From positions 3,032 through 67,031 of IMG/VR virus record IMGVR_UViG_3300005099_000100: a stretch of DNA of 64,000 nucleotides; one strand, given 5' to 3'. Below, piece after piece: positions 57,765 through 64,000 of the stretch. The DNA is from a virus. Position 1 is the stretch's first letter, and every line of letters begins with the position of its first letter. The notes below the pieces were generated by a model, which was not told the DNA's origin, searched no databases, and saw nothing but the letters and a program-made list of their open reading frames with translations. A program made the translations under genes and the position numbers.

Positions 57765-58524
57765 CTTTTTCTACCTCCTCTTTAGATAAGTTTTTTATAA
57801 TATCTTTATATACTTTTGCTAAAAATTTATACGGATAAACTTTCAAAAAAGTGAGATACTGTGAAGGGTCTTTACGGATTGAGTTTTCGGCGTTACTAAT
57901 ACACGACAAAATAGATGAAGGTAAAGACATCAAATCTACTAATATTTGGTTTCTTACAACTTCCGAGAATGAAGTAGCCTTAGGTATATTATCACTTTTA
58001 TCACCTAGTCTAATTTTTTTATTCACAATATCCTCTTCTAAAATATTATATACCTTTACTTTGCCTTTAGGCTGAGGAATATGTATTTCTACATTAGGTA
58101 AATATAATAATTGTAATAAATCTTTATCTTTTGTTACTACTATCGCTTTTTGGTTACTATCTTTTGTTGAACACAAATAACTTATAATATCATCTCCTTC
58201 TATATGTTCGATTTTAAATACTTTAAACGGGGTAAATGATTGAATATTTCTGAGTAGTTTGTCATACTCCTTAAAAATTTTATCCCAAGGTATATCTGGA
58301 AATGATTCTCTAAAAGGCTTTCTATTAGCTTTATACTCTGGATATATTGACTTTCTCCAAGAAGCACCTCCATCAGCAACTATATATACTTCTTTAGGTT
58401 GATGTTTTTTGAGATATTTAAAAAGCTGTAAACAAAAATAATAGGATATGGGTATGTTTCTATTTTTCCTCCACACAAATATGGAAGTCATTAATATAAC
58501 GTTACCATCAATGATTAGTCTCAT
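57757..58524 (-). CDS. 5'-3' exonuclease/flap endonuclease (T4 RNase H-like)
   Basis: IIDGN, WRK..YPEYKANR, EGDD, DKDLLQL, GDKSDNIP. Confidence 0.9.
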   Translation of the reverse strand: MRLIIDGNVILMTSIFVWRKNRNIPISYYFCLQLFKYLKKHQPKEVYIVADGGASWRKSIYPEYKANRKPFRESFPDIPWDKIFKEYDKLLRNIQSFTPFKVFKIEHIEGDDIISYLCSTKDSNQKAIVVTKDKDLLQLLYLPNVEIHIPQPKGKVKVYNILEEDIVNKKIRLGDKSDNIPKATSFSEVVRNQILVDLMSLPSSILSCISNAENSIRKDPSQYLTFLKVYPYKFLAKVYKDIIKNLSKEEVEKDE

Positions 58525-58640
58525 TTGTTTAAAAACTTGTTAATAATAAAGAGTACTATAACAAATAATAAAAAAGATAGTACAAATCCTACCCCTATAC
58601 CTAACGATATACTAAGTCCTTTTATAAAAGGTGTTAGCAT
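58521..58640 (-). CDS. Small membrane peptide (39 aa, not in ORF track)
   Basis: GGAGGAG SD; MLTPFIKGLSISLGIGVGFVLSFLLF... Confidence 0.5.
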   Translation of the reverse strand: MLTPFIKGLSISLGIGVGFVLSFLLFVIVLFIINKFLNK

Positions 58641-58661
58641 AATTACTCCTCCTTTTTGTCT

Positions 58662-59288
58662 TTATCTCCTACATATTTTACTAAACTCAATTTTCTTTTT
58701 AATACAAGCACTTTTAATCCACTCAACTCTATGATGTTTTGTTAAGCCGTACTTTACAGTTAAATTAAATAATTGATTACCAAACGAGCCCTTATTATGT
58801 ATTAAATTATATTCAGGATATAATTTGTGATATTCCTTACATTTAAGATTCCATATATATTTAGCTACTATTGACGCAGCAGCTATAGACCAACATATAG
58901 TATCTCCTCCTTTAACTCCGTATTGTAAGTAGTGAAATCTATCAGGTACGCTATGGAAGTCAATAAGAACTACTTCAGGTTTAGCTTTATTACATAATCT
59001 CTTAATTGCATTATATTCTGATTTTAGTAGAGAGTTATCACATTCACGAGGAGTAACGTAGTCTATAAAATACTCACAAGTCTTCATTATAGTCTGGGCT
59101 ATTCTACTTATAGATTCTTCACTCAATTTTTTAGAATCATTAACTTTAACAGATATAACTTTAGGTAATATAACTCCAGCTACTACTACTTCACCAAAAT
59201 AACTACATACGTTAGTTTCGTCAATACCTATAATCCGAGAGAAACTTTTAGATAATTTTGCTTCTAATTCAGAATATCTACTTATCAT
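58662..59288 (-). CDS. rnhB: Ribonuclease HII-like
   Basis: IGIDE, DSKKLS, ID, GD..SIAAASIVAK, HR. Confidence 0.85.
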   Translation of the reverse strand: MISRYSELEAKLSKSFSRIIGIDETNVCSYFGEVVVAGVILPKVISVKVNDSKKLSEESISRIAQTIMKTCEYFIDYVTPRECDNSLLKSEYNAIKRLCNKAKPEVVLIDFHSVPDRFHYLQYGVKGGDTICWSIAAASIVAKYIWNLKCKEYHKLYPEYNLIHNKGSFGNQLFNLTVKYGLTKHHRVEWIKSACIKKKIEFSKICRR

Positions 59289-59466
59289 GACCGTTCTCTA
59301 AAAAATCTTCGATATCTTCTACTAGTCTTTTTAACTCAGCGTCTAATAAATTAGCTAGGTATTTTCGTTTGGAGTTATTATTTTCATCAGCTATAAGTTG
59401 TATTCCTATAGCAAGTCTTTTTATATCATGCAATAATCTTTCTTCTTCTTTTTTATTTATAGGCAT
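59278..59466 (-). CDS. Hypothetical protein
   Basis: SD AAGGAG; helical. Confidence 0.5.
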   Translation of the reverse strand: MPINKKEEERLLHDIKRLAIGIQLIADENNNSKRKYLANLLDAELKRLVEDIEDFLENGHDK

Positions 59467-59478
59467 ATAGTCTCCTTA

Positions 59479-59907
59479 TTAATTTAGTTTTCTTTTCTTT
59501 TTTATTTTAATTTCCCAATGCCCTAATAATAACACTAAATATGTAAATAAAGTTGATAAAACTGCGAGATAATATTCTCCTATTCCACATAATAAACCTA
59601 CCGCTACCATAACCCATAAAGTAGAGGCAGTAGTAATACCTTCTATGTCTTTTTTTCTTTTCATTATAACACCGCCTCCTAAAAAACCTATACCGACTAT
59701 AGGAGCGTATAACAATCGTAATATGTCATACCTTGGGTTATTAGTAACATTAGAAAATTGTAACCCAATTAACGCAAATAAAGTAGCGCCTAAACATACT
59801 AGCATAACTGTACGTAAACCCGCGGGTTTATCTTGTTTTTCTCGTTCAATACCTACTAACGCGCTAAGTAACAGAGATAATATTATTTTTATAGAATTTA
59901 TAATCAT
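59479..59907 (-). CDS. mgtC: MgtC/SapB family membrane protein
   Basis: GIERE..KPAGLRT, GIGFLGGG, GITTA..W. Confidence 0.9.
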   Translation of the reverse strand: MIINSIKIILSLLLSALVGIEREKQDKPAGLRTVMLVCLGATLFALIGLQFSNVTNNPRYDILRLLYAPIVGIGFLGGGVIMKRKKDIEGITTASTLWVMVAVGLLCGIGEYYLAVLSTLFTYLVLLLGHWEIKIKKKRKLN

Positions 59908-60521
59908 ACTTCGAACGGTATAATTATATCCGCATACTTTCTTAACTGACCAACAACTCTTGCTTCTTTTTCTACTACTAACTGTCTAAATTCGTTATCA
60001 GGATTCTCTTTTTTTCGTTCTTTTCTAAATTCGTAAGTCTGTTTAGTGGTAGCTTCTAAGAACACATCTAAGTCAGTAAGATCCCATTTCTTTAGGTAAC
60101 ACGCATAAAGACCTTCAATAATAAGTATATCAATATAAGTACTATCTATATGATTATATTCTACAGTAGCCGCATATCTATGAATACGTTGAAATCTTAA
60201 AGGTGATTTGGTTTTGAATGATTCTACTAGATACCGTAATTGAGTCCAATTGATTTCATTTAACCCTACAGAATCAATACCTCTTTTTTTACGTATAATA
60301 TTTCTTTCTTTCCAAGAAGTCTTGTAATAATCGTCTACCGAAATTAAAAATGACGTTAACTTCTTATTTTCCAATAAGTTACATAAGTAAGTGCCTACTT
60401 CGGATTTTCCAACTCCTGAAGGTCCACTTATAGTAACTACATATCCTGGCTTGATTTTATCTATAACTTTCTTAGCTTTTAATTTATGTATTTCTTTAAT
60501 AATTACAGGATCACCTATCAT
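59904..60521 (-). CDS. Uridine kinase-like P-loop kinase
   Basis: ISGPSGVGKS, SVDDYY, IIEGLY, ADIII. Confidence 0.8.
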   Translation of the reverse strand: MIGDPVIIKEIHKLKAKKVIDKIKPGYVVTISGPSGVGKSEVGTYLCNLLENKKLTSFLISVDDYYKTSWKERNIIRKKRGIDSVGLNEINWTQLRYLVESFKTKSPLRFQRIHRYAATVEYNHIDSTYIDILIIEGLYACYLKKWDLTDLDVFLEATTKQTYEFRKERKKENPDNEFRQLVVEKEARVVGQLRKYADIIIPFEV

Positions 60522-60757
60522 TTATCCTCCTCTAAGTAGATCTCGTAGCTTTTAATTTTATCGTTATACCAACGTACCCACCTCCTTCGACACTTAGCAC
60601 AGACTACGGTAACAGAGGCGGGAGATTTAACTCGAATCACATTTCCACAAAGGCAGTTTATAGTAATTTCGGGGCATGTACAATATTGTTGTCTCATATG
60701 ACAATAAGGACAAAATGAGATGTTAACCCTCCAATTACTCCTTGATTTATAACCCAT
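60518..60757 (-). CDS. Small zinc-finger protein
   Basis: CPYC..CTC..CLCG..CAKC. Confidence 0.55.
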   Translation of the reverse strand: MGYKSRSNWRVNISFCPYCHMRQQYCTCPEITINCLCGNVIRVKSPASVTVVCAKCRRRWVRWYNDKIKSYEIYLEEDK

Positions 60758-60766
60758 ATTACCTCC

Positions 60767-61834
60767 TTAAACAACACTCTTTAAGTTACTGCTCAATAAA
60801 AAATGTTTTAATAATTTAATACCGTAATTAAGGTCTTTCATATGAACTACTTCTACGGAAGAATGCATATTACGTAGTGGTATTGCTATATTTAAAATTT
60901 TAAGTCCCCCTACCATACTAGCAACTTCATCAGCATTAAATCCTATACCATTAGTCGCTTGATATTGAACCTTTATCTTGTACCTACGGGATATAGATAA
61001 TAATTTCTTTTCTCCTGTCTTATCAATATTAACTCCTCTATATATCACAATACCTTTACCGAGCTCACATCTACCTGCATCTCGCTCATCAACTTCTTCT
61101 ACATCGGTAGCAAAAGTAACATCTACTCCAATATATAAATTAGGTTTATATCTACATACTAACTCTTTAGCACCTTTACAACCTAGTTCTTCTTGAGTAC
61201 TAAAAGTAAAATACAAATCGTAAGGAGGTTTCCTTTTTGATTTAACTATTTCTTTGATAGTCTCAATTAGCATAAAACATCCGGATTTATCATCAAATCC
61301 ATACCCACTATAAAAGTCCTCTAGTAATTCTGTAAATATAGGTTTAAATACTACGTAATCCCCTACCTTTACATAGCGTCTAACTTGCTTACGTTTTCTA
61401 ACACCAATGTCTACAGTAACTTCTTCAATTTTGTTAGGTACTCCATTTTCTTCATCTTCGTCATTTATTAAGTGAGGGGGACGTAACCCTATCACCCCAT
61501 TAATATATTTCTTATCAGTTATTATCATGACATGACGCCCTCGTAATAAAGCTTTATTATGACCCCCTAATGATATTAAACTTATATAACCTTCTTTATC
61601 CACATTATTCACAAGAAAACCAATTGTATCTGCGTGAGCATCTATCATAATTGATTTTTGATCTGATACTCCTTTTATTCTAACTATCAGATTATAGTGA
61701 GTATCTATTAACATCTTTTTAGCAGGGACAAACTGTAATAAATATTTCCTTATAAAAGAAACAAACTTTAGCTCATTACCTGATGGAGAGGGTATCTTTA
61801 TAAGAGATTGTAATAATTTACTTTTACTATTCAT
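60767..61834 (-). CDS. M42 family aminopeptidase
   Basis: PSGNE, DAHAD.IG, FDDK, QEELG, VDV, MHS. Confidence 0.88.
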   Translation of the reverse strand: MNSKSKLLQSLIKIPSPSGNELKFVSFIRKYLLQFVPAKKMLIDTHYNLIVRIKGVSDQKSIMIDAHADTIGFLVNNVDKEGYISLISLGGHNKALLRGRHVMIITDKKYINGVIGLRPPHLINDEDEENGVPNKIEEVTVDIGVRKRKQVRRYVKVGDYVVFKPIFTELLEDFYSGYGFDDKSGCFMLIETIKEIVKSKRKPPYDLYFTFSTQEELGCKGAKELVCRYKPNLYIGVDVTFATDVEEVDERDAGRCELGKGIVIYRGVNIDKTGEKKLLSISRRYKIKVQYQATNGIGFNADEVASMVGGLKILNIAIPLRNMHSSVEVVHMKDLNYGIKLLKHFLLSSNLKSVV

Positions 61835-63008
61835 TTTTTAAATTCAAATAAGGTATAAACACTAAACATAATAAGGTACATATACTAGAAACTATTACAT
61901 TAGTATTATAACCAAACTTGTCATATAGTATTCCTCCAAACGCAACCCCAAGTCTACCTGCTAGATTACTAACACCAGTAACTAAAGCGTAAAACAAACC
62001 TTCCGAAGTTTTAGGTACTATGCTAGCCATATACGCAAGGATAGTTAAAAATGTTATGCCTCCAAATGCTCCGAATAAAATATTATATCCTAATAGAAAC
62101 CACTTATTAGGGGTATATAAATAAAATAAATTACTTGCTGTAGTAAATATAATGGTAAAATATAGTAAATTCTTCATCTTAAATTTATGAGCTCTCCAAT
62201 AATATATTATATACCCAACTAATCCTAAAATTGTACCTGTGGCCCCTAAATAACCTATAAACATTTTTCCAATATGCATTGACTCTCTCATTTTAATCAT
62301 TAGCGCGGTACCAAATGAAGGGGAAAACTGAAGGCATATTATAAATAGTAAACCTAACATAAAAGGTTTATTTTGAAAAACCTTTAGTTCTAACTTTAAT
62401 TTTCTAAGTTTTTTACGTTTCACTACTTTCTTTTCGGAGTACCTCTTTATTAGATACCATATAGTCACTAAAGGGAACGCCAAGATTATTACACTAGCAA
62501 CCTTATAACTACTGTGAACACTAAAGTGATCTGATAAGTATGCTCCTAGTATGGATACCCCTAGTCCTACTAATCCAAGTGATGTCCATTGAATTGCTTG
62601 TATCTTGCCCTTGAGATTATATTTTTGTTCTAGTATAACCATTTGAGTATCATTAGCTACATCATTAAAAGCGACACATATATTAATTAAAGTTATGGTA
62701 ACTATAAGAGTAATAATGTTTAAACCAAATATTAGTATATATAACAAAGTAACTATCATTAAAGAGCTGTTAATAAATAAATAATTTTTACATCTATATC
62801 TTTTTATAGGAAAATAATCTATAATAATACCAAATAGAGGTTTAATATACCACGCAATACTTGTGATAACCCCTATTAATCCTATAGTAGTAGCGGTAAG
62901 TTTCCAATGTTCTCTCATTAAATAATATAAAGGCTGAGAGAATAAAGATATTATACCTTCAGTAGCATATATTAGTATAAAAAATAAAAGTGTATTTATA
63001 TTAATCAT
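61827..63008 (-). CDS. MFS transporter, BT1/folate-biopterin-like
   Basis: About 12 TM; W.IKPLFG..D.FPI..YR, DVAND, EGLFYAL..SN. Confidence 0.75.
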   Translation of the reverse strand: MININTLLFFILIYATEGIISLFSQPLYYLMREHWKLTATTIGLIGVITSIAWYIKPLFGIIIDYFPIKRYRCKNYLFINSSLMIVTLLYILIFGLNIITLIVTITLINICVAFNDVANDTQMVILEQKYNLKGKIQAIQWTSLGLVGLGVSILGAYLSDHFSVHSSYKVASVIILAFPLVTIWYLIKRYSEKKVVKRKKLRKLKLELKVFQNKPFMLGLLFIICLQFSPSFGTALMIKMRESMHIGKMFIGYLGATGTILGLVGYIIYYWRAHKFKMKNLLYFTIIFTTASNLFYLYTPNKWFLLGYNILFGAFGGITFLTILAYMASIVPKTSEGLFYALVTGVSNLAGRLGVAFGGILYDKFGYNTNVIVSSICTLLCLVFIPYLNLKNE

Positions 63009-63246
63009 TGTTAAATTTATGTTTTAAAATATCATAAATCGCTTTTACTCCGTTACTGTACGCTTCTTTTCTTTCCATACCTCTATTAGGGAAAGTTTCA
63101 GTATCGAAAATTTTACAATATAGCTTCTCTAACTCGTCAAAAGTTTGATCTGATACTAAATTATCCGATTTAACATAGTAAGCGTAACATAACAAATCTA
63201 ATATATACTCAAAAGCCCGTTTAAATCCTAAACGATCTCTTTTCAT
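63001..63246 (-). CDS. Stand-alone NAD-ligase domain Ia-like protein
   Basis: YAYYV..D..VSD..FD.L. Confidence 0.55.
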   Translation of the reverse strand: MKRDRLGFKRAFEYILDLLCYAYYVKSDNLVSDQTFDELEKLYCKIFDTETFPNRGMERKEAYSNGVKAIYDILKHKFNND

Positions 63247-63743
63247 TATTTTATACTTGTTTTAAATTCTCTTACTACAGTATTCGGGGGTACAAATAAC
63301 GTGTAATTAGTCTCTATTACTGCTATGTAAAATATGTAAAGAGAGGGTACCTTACTTTTAGTAGTTATCCTCTGTAATCTTGGGGTAGAGTTACTCTCAA
63401 TTATAGTACAATCAGACGCTCTTAACTTAAGTAATCTATATCGATTATGCCCTATGATCTTGTAACAGTAGTAATAAACTTCACCTTCAATAACTCCGGT
63501 ACCTAGTACAAATTGACCACTAGATGAAACCCCTGTATACAAAGACTGTATAGGAGTAGACTTAACTTCATAAACTGCTAAGTTTAGTGCAGACATAAAT
63601 GAGTTTATAGCTATTGTAACTACTATAGAAAATACTAGACCGACTAGAGTCATAATAAACGAATAAAGAGCTCTATCAAGTGAGTCCATCTTATAACCCA
63701 TATATCCGAAAATTAACGCGATAAGTAACACTAATAACATCAT
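63246..63743 (-). CDS. Membrane-anchored hypothetical phage protein
   Basis: Two TM, then SGQFVLGTG..YYYCY..LFVP. Confidence 0.55.
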   Translation of the reverse strand: MMLLVLLIALIFGYMGYKMDSLDRALYSFIMTLVGLVFSIVVTIAINSFMSALNLAVYEVKSTPIQSLYTGVSSSGQFVLGTGVIEGEVYYYCYKIIGHNRYRLLKLRASDCTIIESNSTPRLQRITTKSKVPSLYIFYIAVIETNYTLFVPPNTVVREFKTSIK

Positions 63744-64000
63744 TCGCCTCCTATTCTTCTTAACGCCTTACTTACATACTCTACTTGATAAATACAATCA
63801 TCTAAAGCATTATGAGTTTTAGGATCATCTTTTTCTTTTTTAGTTTTTAAACCAGATAAATCTACCAAAGTTCTTATATCTCGCCAATTGCGATAACTAA
63901 AAGGTAATTTTTGCCCTATTTTAGTATATAAACCTTCTATCATATATATATCAAAATAATGAGACCATACTCTAGCTTTTTTATTTTTATAACAAAAATC
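63740..64000 (-). CDS. DEDDh 3'-5' exonuclease (5' truncated)
   Basis: Frame open to the window edge; VW..FD, RDIRTL, HNALDDC.YQ. Confidence 0.75.
   Translation of the reverse strand, partial: DFCYKNKKARVWSHYFDIYMIEGLYTKIGQKLPFSYRNWRDIRTLVDLSGLKTKKEKDDPKTHNALDDCIYQVEYVSKALRRIGGE

Noticed and set aside
1-64000. CRISPR array, tRNA genes, integrase, lysis cassette
   Set aside because: No repeat-spacer series, cloverleaf or recognisable motifs found by eye; intergenic space is minimal
1-64000. Stop-codon reassignment
   Set aside because: Genes are intact in the standard code, and TAA, TAG and TGA all end coupled genes

Overview
A 64-kb, AT-rich segment of a tailed dsDNA virus (HK97-type head, long-tail gene order). 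Strong GGAGG Shine-Dalgarno sites, sigma-70-like fragments, RecA and PolA point to a bacterial host. Two gene blocks converge at about 27,365. The + strand block (1-27.4 kb) holds fibre-like proteins, a 1627-aa multi-domain end-repair protein with an intein, protease/scaffold, capsid, a glycosyltransferase cluster, and neck, tail and tape-measure genes. The end-repair protein combines an MBL hydrolase, a nucleotidyltransferase, an inactive and an active ATP-dependent ligase domain and a LigD-type phosphoesterase. The - strand block (27.4-64 kb) holds fibre-like genes, portal, terminase (intein), split sigma-factor fragments, Mre11/Rad50, RecA, a UDG-PolA fusion, primase-helicase (intein), nucleases and host-like genes (MgtC, kinase, M42 peptidase, BT1 transporter). 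It also carries a 7-deazaguanine DNA-modification set (FolE2, QueD, QueC, DpdA/TGT-like), accompanied by a dGTP diphosphohydrolase, an NDT/Rcl-like glycosidase, DeoC and a purine PRTase. The best candidates for new biology are four. (1) A dG-catabolism-to-deazaguanine rerouting pathway. (2) An all-in-one NHEJ-like polyprotein in the head module. (3) Split sigma factors with a repeated TTTTCAAT late-promoter motif. (4) An apparent 29-kb inversion bounded by paralogous fibre genes. All calls come from motif recognition by eye; no database searches were run.
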